Part shown: piece after piece, positions 9,732-19,382 of the stretch
How the letters are laid out: each line of letters opens with the position of its first letter
Position numbering within the stretch: the first letter of the stretch is position 1
Origin: a virus
Lineage: Duplodnaviria; Caudoviricetes
Length of the DNA: 64,000 nt
Virus record (IMG/VR): IMGVR_UViG_3300045015_000053
Reading direction: 5' to 3' (one strand)
Notes under the pieces: model-generated
Seen by the model: the letters and a program-made list of their open reading frames with translations, nothing else
Told to the model about the DNA's origin: nothing
Databases searched by the model: none
Program-made: the position numbers and the translations under genes

Positions 9732-10112
9732 ATGAAGACTCAGATCACTGCCGAACACCTGTAGGTTTCTGAAGAGAACACTCCGTACTGTTACCTCTTC
9801 TTGCGGGAAGATCTTCCCCGCGTCTACAGTGCGGTCCAAGCGTGCCATGCCGCCATCGGCGGCGGGCAGTTCTTGATCCCCCAAAACATCCCACACCCGC
9901 ACCTCGTTCTGCTCAGGGCTTCCTCCGAGCAGGAGCTTCGCAACATCGCGTCCCGTTTGGAACGCGACGGGGTACGTCATTACGTTTTCACCGAGCCAGA
10001 CATCGGTAATCAAACTACTGCGTTGATTACCGAGCCGGTATATGGTGACAAGCGTCGAGCGTTCCGTCGTTATCGCTGTGTGAACGAACCGCCGAAATTA
10101 GATAGCGGATAA
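9732..10112 (+). CDS. Pth2-like peptidyl-tRNA hydrolase with in-frame TAG at codon 11
   Basis: MKTQITAEHL*VSEENTPYCYLFLREDLP..AVQACHAA..HLVLL..EQEL..F.EPDIGNQTTA. Confidence 0.75.
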
Positions 10113-10150
10113 TTGTATGGAAACACATATGTGTTTCCATACATGGCGGC

Positions 10151-10630
10151 ATGGAAACAATCACTTGTATTCGATGCCGCCAATCCAAACCTCCAGAAGC
10201 TTTTCGTTTTAGAAACAAGTCTCTGGGGAAACGAGACACGCGATGTCGCGAATGTTTTTGCGACTATCACAAGCTGGTTTACGACCGGCTAACACCAGAA
10301 CAAAAACAACAAAAAACGAAGTCTTCAACCGACTGTCGGAGGCGACTTAGGGCGAAGCTACATGCGGTGGTGTGGAATTACCTGTCTACGCACCCATGTG
10401 TGGATTGCGGTGAAAACGACCCGGTCGTTCTGGAGTTCGATCACCGCGATCCTGAGCAAAAAGTAGAAACGATCTGCGGCTTGCTCAGAAATCTGGCTGA
10501 CAACCACACGCTGCTGACTGAAATTGCAAAATGCGACGTAAGGTGTGCCAATTGCCACCGACGCAAAACAGCAAAGCAATTTGGTTGGCACGCATTACGA
10601 GAGACTTATTATGAACACGAAAACGAATGA
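10151..10630 (+). CDS. HNH endonuclease
   Basis: CVDCGENDPVVLEFDH...KCDVRCANCHRRKT; N-terminal CxxC pairs. Confidence 0.85.
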   Translation: METITCIRCRQSKPPEAFRFRNKSLGKRDTRCRECFCDYHKLVYDRLTPEQKQQKTKSSTDCRRRLRAKLHAVVWNYLSTHPCVDCGENDPVVLEFDHRDPEQKVETICGLLRNLADNHTLLTEIAKCDVRCANCHRRKTAKQFGWHALRETYYEHENE

Positions 10631-11102
10631 AAAGGGTGCCTTCGAGGGTCGATTTGGTTGGCACCCGTGCGACCGGGAAACCTACCTCAAGCTGAAGCTG
10701 ATCCACAAGGTCTTCTGGGAGTCGATCTTCCGGTCGGCCCAGTGGTATCGGTGGGACCGCAAGGAACCCCAGAACCGCGTACAGCGGTTCCATCGGGTCG
10801 AGGGCAAGCGGGAGAAGCTGTTTCCGCCGAAGCCGCTGCCCGAACCGAAGCTTCCGCCGTACCTGCTGAAGATCGAACACAAGAAGATCCACCGGACGTA
10901 CACCGGGGACTACAAGCAGTGGATCGACCACGAGAAAGAAGTGGTCTGGTACACGCTGAAGATGAACCCGGACCTGTACGCGGCCGTCGCGGACTTCCAG
11001 AACGCGCGGACGCCGGTGATCGAAAGTCAGGTTCGGCCGCTGTCCTGCACGGCCGAAAAGATCGAAACCCTGTACCAGCAAGCCGTGGAGTGGCTTCGCT
11101 GA
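10611..11102 (+). CDS. hypothetical protein
   Basis: ORF track, typical codon usage. Confidence 0.55.
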   Translation: MNTKTNEKGAFEGRFGWHPCDRETYLKLKLIHKVFWESIFRSAQWYRWDRKEPQNRVQRFHRVEGKREKLFPPKPLPEPKLPPYLLKIEHKKIHRTYTGDYKQWIDHEKEVVWYTLKMNPDLYAAVADFQNARTPVIESQVRPLSCTAEKIETLYQQAVEWLR

Positions 11103-11107
11103 GAAAC

Positions 11108-11144
11108 AAGAAGCCCGGTAGTCAAAAAGACTACCGGGCTTCTT
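11108..11144. terminator. 16-bp perfect inverted repeat, probable bidirectional terminator
   Basis: AAGAAGCCCGGTAGTC-aaaaa-GACTACCGGGCTTCTT. Confidence 0.75.
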
Positions 11145-11153
11145 ACATAACGT

Positions 11154-11738
11154 ATGCAAACGTCTTTCCTTTTGTGGATCGAAAACAAAGATCCCGAACT
11201 CGCCCGTCTGTTGGAAGCGGAATGGGGCCGACGCGACCGCAAGGGCCGCGTGGGACTCATCGCCGGTTCCGCCGCCGCTGCCGCCGCTGCTCTGGCTGGA
11301 GCTTGGTGGATGGGCGGCAGCGATGCAAAACCCACTTCCCACGCCGCGCCCCTGCCCGCACAAGTTGCTAAGAAAGAAGCCTCTCCGAAGCCGGTTTCGA
11401 CGGAATTAGACTGGTACACGGGGCCGGACAAAGAGTATATTTTCAAGTACGCTTGTGACCCGTCGAACAACGGAAACACTTACTTCCGTTACTATGGTAG
11501 AGACGGGGCGACACAAGAGGGTTGGATCGCCAGAGTTCAGATGCCGGCTTCCGACACACAACCTCTGCGAGACGAAGACCTCGAAGCCCGGTTCAAGAGG
11601 CTCGCCCACGACGCCACGGACAAGATGAAGGACGTAAAGTGGCAGATCATAGCAAAAGGCCGAAAGAATCCGTACCCCAGAGAGGCGGGGACGGTGGAGA
11701 TCGTGCTGTACGCCAAAAAACCAGTCGGAGAAAGATGA
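11154..11738 (+). CDS. single-TM protein with MQTSFLLWIE N-terminus
   Basis: Ala/Gly-rich TM segment; N-terminus resembles other M-x-F-x-x-W starts. Confidence 0.6.
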   Translation: MQTSFLLWIENKDPELARLLEAEWGRRDRKGRVGLIAGSAAAAAAALAGAWWMGGSDAKPTSHAAPLPAQVAKKEASPKPVSTELDWYTGPDKEYIFKYACDPSNNGNTYFRYYGRDGATQEGWIARVQMPASDTQPLRDEDLEARFKRLAHDATDKMKDVKWQIIAKGRKNPYPREAGTVEIVLYAKKPVGER

Positions 11739-12736
11739 GCGAGACTGAAACCCAGTCGCCCGCCCGTTACCGTATTCAAGTAATTGTGAACCGCGAGATC
11801 ATCTGCTCGCCCGCGAACGTGGACGAAACCGTGTCCTTCGAGTTGGGACGGCTCGCCAGTATGGGCTGCACATGCGTCGGCCACAACGTCACCAAGATCA
11901 AAGAAAAGCCCCAGAAAAAGCGGCTCGGCGAGTTCACGCTCGATGACGTGATCCCCTACATCGCTACCTGCTCCCAACGAAACTACGTCGCCAACGGCCA
12001 CACCTACACCGTGCGAATGAACTCGCAGCGGTACTTCGTGTTCCGCGACAGTCCGAGTTGCGTGGCGTGCGGCTTGACCGGCACCAAGATGATCTTGGAA
12101 CAGCATCCCGGTGACAAAACCGCTCACTTCAACCTGTACGCCGAAGAGAACGGCGAACTGGTGCTGATGACGAAGGACCACATCCGCGCCAGGAGTGCCG
12201 GCGGCGAGGACCGCCACAGCAACTACCAGACGATGTGCAGTATCTGCAACAACATCAAGGCACACGAGTCGGTCGCACTGGAAGACCTCAGAAATCTGAG
12301 AGCGATCTACAACCGGCACGTCAACACGATGGCGAAGCGGGAATTGCACAAGGTTCTCGAAGAGGCCAAGAGACAGGTCGTCAGGAAGTCACTGCAAGAG
12401 GCGAAATGGGACGCAACTTACATTACGCAGCAGGATCTGAACGTTTTTGTCTATACTGACGGGGAACTGGAAGCGGTCAGCGTTTACGCGCCGCTCGACG
12501 GCGAACACGTCTCTTGCATCTGCAAGGGGTGTCCGATGTCGGGAACGGTAGTCAACGGCTGGTTCGTGGCCGAACTCGTGGACGGCACCAAAGTGCGTAT
12601 GCCGTCTCGGTTCGTCAGACTCCTCGAAAAGAGTGGCGACGATGAAACGGGACTGTCGGACTCTGGAACTGCGTGTAATGACTTCGCCGAAGACTTGGGA
12701 GAAGTTCAAGCAGAAGGTGCGGGAAGCACGTCCTGA
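11735..12736 (+). CDS. HNH endonuclease-domain protein
   Basis: CVACG..MTKDHIRARSAGGEDRHSNYQTMCSICNNIK. Confidence 0.85.
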   Translation: MSETETQSPARYRIQVIVNREIICSPANVDETVSFELGRLASMGCTCVGHNVTKIKEKPQKKRLGEFTLDDVIPYIATCSQRNYVANGHTYTVRMNSQRYFVFRDSPSCVACGLTGTKMILEQHPGDKTAHFNLYAEENGELVLMTKDHIRARSAGGEDRHSNYQTMCSICNNIKAHESVALEDLRNLRAIYNRHVNTMAKRELHKVLEEAKRQVVRKSLQEAKWDATYITQQDLNVFVYTDGELEAVSVYAPLDGEHVSCICKGCPMSGTVVNGWFVAELVDGTKVRMPSRFVRLLEKSGDDETGLSDSGTACNDFAEDLGEVQAEGAGSTS

Positions 12737-13109
12737 TTTCCCGCCCTACGCCCGCGCCTTCTGTGCCATGCTCCTGTACGTCTTGGAGAACGCCGACGAA
12801 GGCGTCTTCAAAAGCAACCAGACCGCCATTCTCGCCCGCCTTCCCTTCACTCAGTACAACATGATGGTTGGGCCTGAGCGGGACAGGCAGCTTTTCTTCT
12901 ACACCCCGTTCGGCGACACGATCTTCGTGACGGACGAAAAGCACTTTTTGGACGAAACGACCTCAAGTGACGCACTTCTGGAGCCGATCCAGATTGTGTA
13001 CCCCGATTGCCTCGACCGCGACGAACTGAAATGGACGCGATTCCCGCTCCCGTTCGGTTCACACGGCCAGAACGCGATCAACCTGAACTCATTCGGAAAA
13101 TGGTCATGA
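12678..13109 (+). CDS. hypothetical protein (paralog-like to next gene)
   Basis: IQIVYPDC..W..F..GQNAINL. Confidence 0.55.
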   Translation: MTSPKTWEKFKQKVREARPDFPPYARAFCAMLLYVLENADEGVFKSNQTAILARLPFTQYNMMVGPERDRQLFFYTPFGDTIFVTDEKHFLDETTSSDALLEPIQIVYPDCLDRDELKWTRFPLPFGSHGQNAINLNSFGKWS

Positions 13110-13552
13110 AAGATCTTCTTCGCAATCTGCATGTCGTCACCACGCACCAAACGTGGAGCCTGTTCGTGAAACAGGTTTCTGCAATCCCAGAGGCCACGCC
13201 AGAAACCGCCTTCCGTCAGATTCTGAAAATGGCAATTCAGACCTTCCCCGCAGCACGGTATTCTGACAACATGAAGGCACTGCGCAAAAGATGGGAAGGG
13301 AAAGCGGCCAGCGTCAAGGCGTGGACTGCCAGCATCGGTCTGCCTAGCGAGGCCGAAACCTTCCAGATCATCCCGGCCGAAAATAGGCTTGTGTTTTCCG
13401 CCGAGAAGTGTGGTGTGCCGTTTTTGGAAGACATGATCCAGATCGCATATCCTGAGTGCATGTACAAGCCGTTTAACTGGATGCCGTTTAGCCGTCAAGT
13501 AGTTTTTGAAGGTCAAAACAAGTCCGGCATTAACATTGGAGACGTGAAGTGA
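13106..13552 (+). CDS. hypothetical protein (paralog-like to previous gene)
   Basis: IQIAYPEC..W..F..GQNKSGINI; ATGA overlap. Confidence 0.55.
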   Translation: MKDLLRNLHVVTTHQTWSLFVKQVSAIPEATPETAFRQILKMAIQTFPAARYSDNMKALRKRWEGKAASVKAWTASIGLPSEAETFQIIPAENRLVFSAEKCGVPFLEDMIQIAYPECMYKPFNWMPFSRQVVFEGQNKSGINIGDVK

Positions 13553-14826
13553 ACCCCAACATCCGCCCACTCCCCGACAAAATCGGCGTCGGCTTCCTGA
13601 GTCCTGAAAAGATCGGCGCGAGCGATTACCGCGAGGAGCGGGCCGCTCACGTCTGGCACTACTTCTTCACACCAGAACGTTGGACTTGGCCGCTGTGGGA
13701 CTCGGCCGATCAAGAGAAACCCGGCCCGTCGTTCAAGATCGACGCCTTCTCGCCCAATCTCAACAAGAGCCTGCACTTCGGCCATTTGCGTCAACTCGCA
13801 CTGGCCCATTGCATCGGCCGTCTACTGCCACGCACGCAATTCGTTTCGCTGTTGGGATGCACCGGCATCCTTCAGTCGGCACAAGACGAACTGAAGGACT
13901 GGCTCGATTTCCTCAACATGCGTCCGAAACTGTACTACGACGCCCTGATGCCGCACGACCCGACCATCGTGGAGCGTCACGATGGAGAAGGCGACAAGGC
14001 CGGCGCGATGGTGTGGGACGGACCACTCGGCCCGGTCGTCGTCATGCGGAAGCCGGACGAATCGGGTCACCGCCGTCCGACTTATGCCTTCCACGATCTC
14101 GCTTTTGCGAAGATCGTGGGACCGGACTATTACATCACCGGCGCGGAACAAGTTGAACACTTCCGCAGTCTGGGGTTGGGCAACAAGCACCTGCCGATGG
14201 GCCTCGTCGTTGACGCCGAGGGCAAAAAGCTGAAGAGTCGTTCCGGTGACGCGATGACGGCCAAAGAGGGCTTCGAGGCGGTCGAACTCGCCATGAAGCC
14301 GGTTCCAGATCCGAAGAAGATCGTCTGGAACATCGTGGCGTGGAACATGCTGTCGGTCGGCCGCAGCACGAACGTCAAGTTCGAGCCGGAAAAGTGGGTG
14401 AAGCCGGAAGCTCCGGGGATGTACTGCTCGTACACATGGGCGCGGCTGTACTCCGCTCTGGGCGGGCTGTACCGTGGCGACGGCAGTGACATGACCCAGA
14501 GCGATGCGGAACTGGCGGGGTATTCTCAGTACCGCCACTACTACATCGCGAAGGCTCGCCAGAGCATGGACCCGGCTCCGCTGGCGAACTACCTGTACGA
14601 TCTGTGCCGCCGCGCTACGAAGGCGTACCACAGCGAGCGTATTCGTGACGGTCGTCGCGGGTTCCAGTTCGCGGTGAGCCACGCGATGAACGGCATCTAC
14701 GACTGCATGAACGCCCTCGGCCTGTTCCCAATCAAGATGCGGGAGGAAGACGATGTTCGAGACAACGGGGCCGCATTACTGCCCGAACTGCGAGCCGATA
14801 CTGAACAAGAAAGACCGTCGTGTTGA
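13549..14826 (+). CDS. argS: arginyl-tRNA synthetase-like protein (compact)
   Basis: FSPNLNKSLHFGHLR (HIGH), KLKSRSG (KMSKS-like), YITGAEQ.EHF, DALR-like MYCSYTWARLYS. Confidence 0.75.
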   Translation: MNPNIRPLPDKIGVGFLSPEKIGASDYREERAAHVWHYFFTPERWTWPLWDSADQEKPGPSFKIDAFSPNLNKSLHFGHLRQLALAHCIGRLLPRTQFVSLLGCTGILQSAQDELKDWLDFLNMRPKLYYDALMPHDPTIVERHDGEGDKAGAMVWDGPLGPVVVMRKPDESGHRRPTYAFHDLAFAKIVGPDYYITGAEQVEHFRSLGLGNKHLPMGLVVDAEGKKLKSRSGDAMTAKEGFEAVELAMKPVPDPKKIVWNIVAWNMLSVGRSTNVKFEPEKWVKPEAPGMYCSYTWARLYSALGGLYRGDGSDMTQSDAELAGYSQYRHYYIAKARQSMDPAPLANYLYDLCRRATKAYHSERIRDGRRGFQFAVSHAMNGIYDCMNALGLFPIKMREEDDVRDNGAALLPELRADTEQERPSC

Positions 14827-15022
14827 CGAGCCGCTGAAGCTGGTCGTCAAGAACTACTCAGGGTGCGCCGTGGACATCGCCGTGTGTCCCCGGTGCAATC
14901 ACCGCTTCCAGATCTCGTACAAGGTCGATAAGGTTTTGGACGTGGAAGAAGAGTTTCGCAAGATCGAGAGGTCTTACGAAGAACAGTACGCAAACATTCG
15001 AGACAAAAAGAAGAAGAAATGA
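14753..15022 (+). CDS. small Zn-ribbon protein
   Basis: CPNC ... CPRC. Confidence 0.55.
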   Translation: MFETTGPHYCPNCEPILNKKDRRVDEPLKLVVKNYSGCAVDIAVCPRCNHRFQISYKVDKVLDVEEEFRKIERSYEEQYANIRDKKKKK

Positions 15023-15402
15023 CACTCGAAGAGTTCCTCGCCGCACCGTATCCCACCAACGCATTCATCGACCGCGAGGGGTGGGACACGTTGTACGTCC
15101 GCAAGGCTCCCATTGGCGTCAAGATCAACGGCAAAGTCCACCGCGTGAACAAGGTCTTCACGTTCGCGAACATCGGCGTGGACGAGCCGGGGCAAGGACT
15201 GTTCACTAAGTTGGTTGAGGAGTTGGTGGCACAAGGGTGGGCGATCTACGTCGAGTGCGTCCACGACTTGAACCCGCGATTCCAAGACGGGTTGCGGCGG
15301 CGCGGTTATCTGGAGTTGAGGGAAGAGGGCGGGCGGTCCTCGAACTTTCTGTTCAACTACGAGGGACACACCCACGAATGGGTGTATCACGGCGGAATTT
15401 AG
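15019..15402 (+). CDS. GNAT-like protein
   Basis: ANIGVDEPGQGLFTKLVEEL..IYVECV..NPRFQDGLRRRGY. Confidence 0.5.
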   Translation: MTLEEFLAAPYPTNAFIDREGWDTLYVRKAPIGVKINGKVHRVNKVFTFANIGVDEPGQGLFTKLVEELVAQGWAIYVECVHDLNPRFQDGLRRRGYLELREEGGRSSNFLFNYEGHTHEWVYHGGI

Positions 15403-16076
15403 AGTTCGCGGGGCGACATAATCTTGTCGTACTTGTCGTAGTTGATGTAATCCCTCATCGCCGAACACAGGTATTCGGCCGTCAGTTCAGAGATGCCCCG
15501 GTCGTTCCTGATGTTGCGGGACAGTTCGATCTGCATGCTCGACACTTTGTTGTCGTACTTGTGCTTGCGGAAGAATTGGTTCATGTTGTTTCTGGCCCAC
15601 CCACTGTACATGCCGCCGGACTTCCCGACCCACACGTCCATGCCTTCGTTCTGCAACAGCGTGTAGAACAGGTTCTTCCTCCACGGTTCGCAACTGAAGC
15701 TGTTGGGCGACCCCGCGCCGTAGCCGATCACGGCGTCAACGCCGGGTTGAGCGGCCATACCGTGGATGAAGAAGATGTGGCAGAAGGGGTTCTTTTTCAG
15801 TATCTCGTTCTTGAGCGTCCAGAGCGGAATCAAGAACTCGTCAAACACCACATCGACCATGTGGGTCTGGTTATTACAGTCGGCCGTTTCGGTCGCGTAA
15901 TCGTAAGCACTGCCCCGTCGCCAGCCGTGGTTGATCACCGCGCTGCACTGCAACAGATCGACCAGATGGTGGGCGACGATGTCCGTGTTCACGTCGTCGC
16001 CTTTGGCCGCGTGAGGAGCGACGATCAGAATGGGCGACTTGCGTCCCCGGTGAATGCCAACTCGTTCCAAATACAT
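15399..16076 (-). CDS. Zn-dependent hydrolase-like (N-formylglutamate amidohydrolase-like) protein
   Basis: LIVAPHAAKGDD.NT; FFIHGM; QIELSRNIR. Confidence 0.45.
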   Translation of the reverse strand: MYLERVGIHRGRKSPILIVAPHAAKGDDVNTDIVAHHLVDLLQCSAVINHGWRRGSAYDYATETADCNNQTHMVDVVFDEFLIPLWTLKNEILKKNPFCHIFFIHGMAAQPGVDAVIGYGAGSPNSFSCEPWRKNLFYTLLQNEGMDVWVGKSGGMYSGWARNNMNQFFRKHKYDNKVSSMQIELSRNIRNDRGISELTAEYLCSAMRDYINYDKYDKIMSPREL

Positions 16077-16093
16077 TGTACCCCTCTGGTATT

Positions 16094-17677
16094 CTAGCCC
16101 TTTTTCCTTACCGCGAACCAGTCCCAGTCGTATTTGTTGAGGTAGCTACAAACGTGGCTCCCCAGTTCTTTTGAGTAGCTCTCTTTGCAGTCTTCCCAAC
16201 CGGCCAGCCTCAACATGCTCGCCCACCACTCCATTGATCTTATGCAGAGGTGGGTCGGATCTTCGTTTTCATTCGCACGCTTCTGTCTGTCAAATGAGTT
16301 GGCCGTATCTAGTACCGCAAAGAAAGTAGCTCCAGACCGACAGACGCGATTCAACTCTTTCAACACGAACGGAACCAGTTCCGGCCTCATGTGTTCGAGT
16401 ACCTGTTGCGAGTGAACGCCTGCGAACTTTTGATCCTCGAACATGTGCATGTTAGCGCCGTCGCCAACGTAAAGTGGGATTTCGGGCCATTTCTCTCGGC
16501 CCAGTTTGACGGTGTATTCGTTCAGGTCGATTCCAGACGGTTTGCAGCCGTTTTCTTGAAGTCCCTTCGCAATCGCGCCGCACGCACAACCGAACTCAAG
16601 TACCTCTTTGCCTCTCCACTTCATGCAGTCGGCGATCCATCGGCCGTACTCTCGCTGCCAATCTCCGTAGGCGGCATAATCACACCCCGCCTCTTTGTGC
16701 TGTTCGTAGTAGGCTCGGTCATACGCGGTGGACCTGAGCAGTTTGGACTGTTGCATCGGGTTGCCGCAGTACGGAGCCGTTTTCAGCTTCTCGACAACCG
16801 TTTCCAGCAGCGTTGATCTGAAGTCGGCGTAGCGGCGGTATTGGTACTTTCGCTCGAAGTATTCGATGCCGAACGGACGGTTCTTGGCCTTCATGAACTT
16901 GCCGGCGTCGGACGGGATCAGGTGCAGAACGTCGCTCAACTCGAAGAAGTGAATCGGGTGGTGCCTGACCCAAATGCCGATTGACGGCGTTTGAGTAGCG
17001 CCGGCGACGTGTAACGGCCCGCTGTCAACTCCGATGAACAGTTTCGACTTCGAGATCAACGCGGCGATTGTCGCCATGCAGCCGGTGCTGGTGCCGCCCC
17101 ACATCGGGTGAAGTTTGTCCGGGTTGAAGATGGTGCGTTGATCGGGGAGCGGGCTTCTCCGGTCCCAGTCGAGGATTACCGGCGTGTAGTCGTTCCGAAC
17201 GAGGTGTCTGCACACTTCGCCGACATCATCGTGGTTGATGTTCTTCTTGTCCTGGCTGCTCGTACCCTGATAGTGGATCGTGACGATTCCCTTCGACGGC
17301 GGCAACGACTTCAGGTAATCGTCAACGAGACTGAGGTGTTGTCGTTCGGGGTCGATCTGATACCTGAACAGCGACTCGTCGGGAGCGATTTTGAACTCTT
17401 CCAGAAGAGATCTGGTGACTTTGCCGCTCGGCAGGTTTTCGTAGCACTGTTGCGGCTCGAACCATTTTGTCGATACGATCTGGTCGAACGTGAGTTTGGG
17501 TGGCCGCGAGCCGCGAACGAACGAGTTTTCGCAAAGTTGTCTGAGGCCGGTGTGTTTGCCAACGGGGATCTCCGTAAACACCTTCCAGTCGGGTCGGTAT
17601 TTACGGAGGTGTTTGAGTACGATGGAGAACTGAGCGGTGTCGCCGAGGCCGTGGTTGTGGCTGATAAGTACGTTCAT
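16094..17677 (-). CDS. GT9 (heptosyltransferase-like) glycosyltransferase fused to class I SAM methyltransferase
   Basis: HGLGDTAQF; LFIGVDSGPLHVAGA; C-terminal LEFGCACG..GIDLN..VLEH. Confidence 0.85.
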   Translation of the reverse strand: MNVLISHNHGLGDTAQFSIVLKHLRKYRPDWKVFTEIPVGKHTGLRQLCENSFVRGSRPPKLTFDQIVSTKWFEPQQCYENLPSGKVTRSLLEEFKIAPDESLFRYQIDPERQHLSLVDDYLKSLPPSKGIVTIHYQGTSSQDKKNINHDDVGEVCRHLVRNDYTPVILDWDRRSPLPDQRTIFNPDKLHPMWGGTSTGCMATIAALISKSKLFIGVDSGPLHVAGATQTPSIGIWVRHHPIHFFELSDVLHLIPSDAGKFMKAKNRPFGIEYFERKYQYRRYADFRSTLLETVVEKLKTAPYCGNPMQQSKLLRSTAYDRAYYEQHKEAGCDYAAYGDWQREYGRWIADCMKWRGKEVLEFGCACGAIAKGLQENGCKPSGIDLNEYTVKLGREKWPEIPLYVGDGANMHMFEDQKFAGVHSQQVLEHMRPELVPFVLKELNRVCRSGATFFAVLDTANSFDRQKRANENEDPTHLCIRSMEWWASMLRLAGWEDCKESYSKELGSHVCSYLNKYDWDWFAVRKKG

Positions 17678-17685
17678 CCGCCTAT

Positions 17686-17781
17686 TTAGCCGCGTCCCAG
17701 AACTCTTCCGCTTTCGTCATGGCGGCGATGATGTTGTCCGCGCCGGTGGCCATGCCAGTCGGCAGTCAACCACGTCTTCAT
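17686..17781 (-). pseudogene. metallophosphoesterase remnant (deletion scar)
   Basis: MKTWLTADWH then out-of-frame unrelated tail; ATG overlaps upstream stop. Confidence 0.5.
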
Positions 17782-18152
17782 TTGACTTCTCTGTGTTCGT
17801 GACCAATGGGGACGCTCATAACCCCGTGTTCGCGACAGGATCGGATCTCGTTCGGATCGTTGTCGTAGTGAAGGCTGACGCCAAGTTCTTTGGCGAACGG
17901 GCCTTTCGGCATGTGGGCAGTATAGACCACTTTGAGGTGATCCAGCCCCAGAATCTTGAGATGCTCGATCAGTACGATTCGGTCTGGTTTATTAACCCTG
18001 TACCACTCTTCTTTGTCGTGCGACGGATCGCGGGCGGTGAGGATTATTACCTCGTCTCCGAAAGCGATGTGATTGTGCAGGATCTCGCAGATGTGTTCGA
18101 CGTGGTCGTGGACGCCGGAAATCGTGTCATCGAAGTCGAAACTAACCTTCAT
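17778..18152 (-). CDS. HAD-superfamily phosphatase-like protein
   Basis: MKVSFDFDDTI (DxD motif I); LHYDNDPNEI. Confidence 0.7.
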   Translation of the reverse strand: MKVSFDFDDTISGVHDHVEHICEILHNHIAFGDEVIILTARDPSHDKEEWYRVNKPDRIVLIEHLKILGLDHLKVVYTAHMPKGPFAKELGVSLHYDNDPNEIRSCREHGVMSVPIGHEHREVK

Positions 18153-18817
18153 GCGTAACTCCTGTTTAGATTCCCTTCGTATTTTACACCATTCACAATT
18201 CTTGTTGTAGCCCAAAGAGGGCGAAGATTGGACAAAGCGTTTACTACAGATGGCGGGGTGTTTTGATGGAAGGCTGCGACGGGGATGATATGGTCAACGT
18301 GCCATTCTCCGTGGTTATCCCAAGACATTCCTTCAGTCCAAAGGGACTCTAAGTGCTTTCGGAGTTCCTTCGCCGAATAGCCCAACATGTTTATCGTTCG
18401 GTCGTTTTTCTTTGTGTTCATCCTTCGCAAAGATCCCGACAACAACGAACGCCAGACAACAATTGGCTTGTTCTTTTTACGCCATTTGCGTGCATAATTT
18501 GCAGCCCGTTTTTTCGATGACGGTTTGGCCCAGTACGCGGGGTAGTTTGCATTTGTCCTGGCTTTGATTGATTCTTTGTTTTTCTGGTAGTGGGCTTTTT
18601 TGTACTCTTTGACACAAGGCAGTTTCTGTCGCTCGCACATGCGAGCTATTACCGATTTGCGATTTGCGGCGTACCAGTTTTTCTTTCGCTCGCTATTTTG
18701 TGGATAGGTTTTGCGGCAGTCGCGGCAATAAGGTTGCAGGCCGTCTTTTCGAGAGGCATCCTTCCCAAAAGCGACTGCCGGCTTTAGCACGGAACATTTG
18801 GCACAAAGTTTGTTCAT
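18149..18817 (-). CDS. HNH endonuclease
   Basis: CAKC..CRDC; WHVDHIIPV...NALSNLRPLW. Confidence 0.85.
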   Translation of the reverse strand: MNKLCAKCSVLKPAVAFGKDASRKDGLQPYCRDCRKTYPQNSERKKNWYAANRKSVIARMCERQKLPCVKEYKKAHYQKNKESIKARTNANYPAYWAKPSSKKRAANYARKWRKKNKPIVVWRSLLSGSLRRMNTKKNDRTINMLGYSAKELRKHLESLWTEGMSWDNHGEWHVDHIIPVAAFHQNTPPSVVNALSNLRPLWATTRIVNGVKYEGNLNRSYA

Positions 18818-18958
18818 GTTGGCTCCTAAATACGGAATCCTATGCAGCAAATCGAGATTAACATTGTTGACCTGACCTCTGCCATTCTAGAGGTTCGTTC
18901 TTATTTCGCAAAGCGCGGAATTCGAGTGAACCTTGCCAAGAAAAAAGCGCAGCACAAC

Positions 18959-18987
18959 TTTACAAGTGGCCCACTTTTGCCTATCCT
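18959..18987 (+). promoter_or_regulatory. sigma70-type promoter (TTTACA class)
   Basis: TTTACA-N17-TATCCT; same class at 31202, 34174, 38489, 39281 (N16), 43958. Confidence 0.65.
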
Positions 18988-19019
18988 GATAAAACCAACT
19001 GAACCGGGAGGGAGCAACA

Positions 19020-19343
19020 ATGGGCCACGTCTTTTTGAAAGAAGACGAGTTTCTGGCGGCGTCGGCCGAGATTCGGCGTAACCGCCACGGCTACCGAGTC
19101 CAGCACGGCTCCCAAACCTATTACGTCTGGGCTTCCACTTCTACCCACGCGATGGGCCTCGTCGCCAAGCACACTCAGGCGATGACTTCCGAGGTCTACA
19201 CCCAACGCGAAATCAAACACAACGTCTCGGCCCCGTCAACCATTGACGCCAAGCTCGTTTCCTACGTTTCCGCGATGACTCCCGACCAGCAGCAGAAACT
19301 TCGCGAAATCCTTCGCGCAATTCCAGAGACTCCGCAGTCCTGA
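19020..19343 (+). CDS. hypothetical protein
   Basis: GGAG RBS. Confidence 0.55.
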   Translation: MGHVFLKEDEFLAASAEIRRNRHGYRVQHGSQTYYVWASTSTHAMGLVAKHTQAMTSEVYTQREIKHNVSAPSTIDAKLVSYVSAMTPDQQQKLREILRAIPETPQS

Positions 19344-19382
19344 ACTTGTCAGGGGTGTGGCGTCTCTCATTCGAGGTGATTT

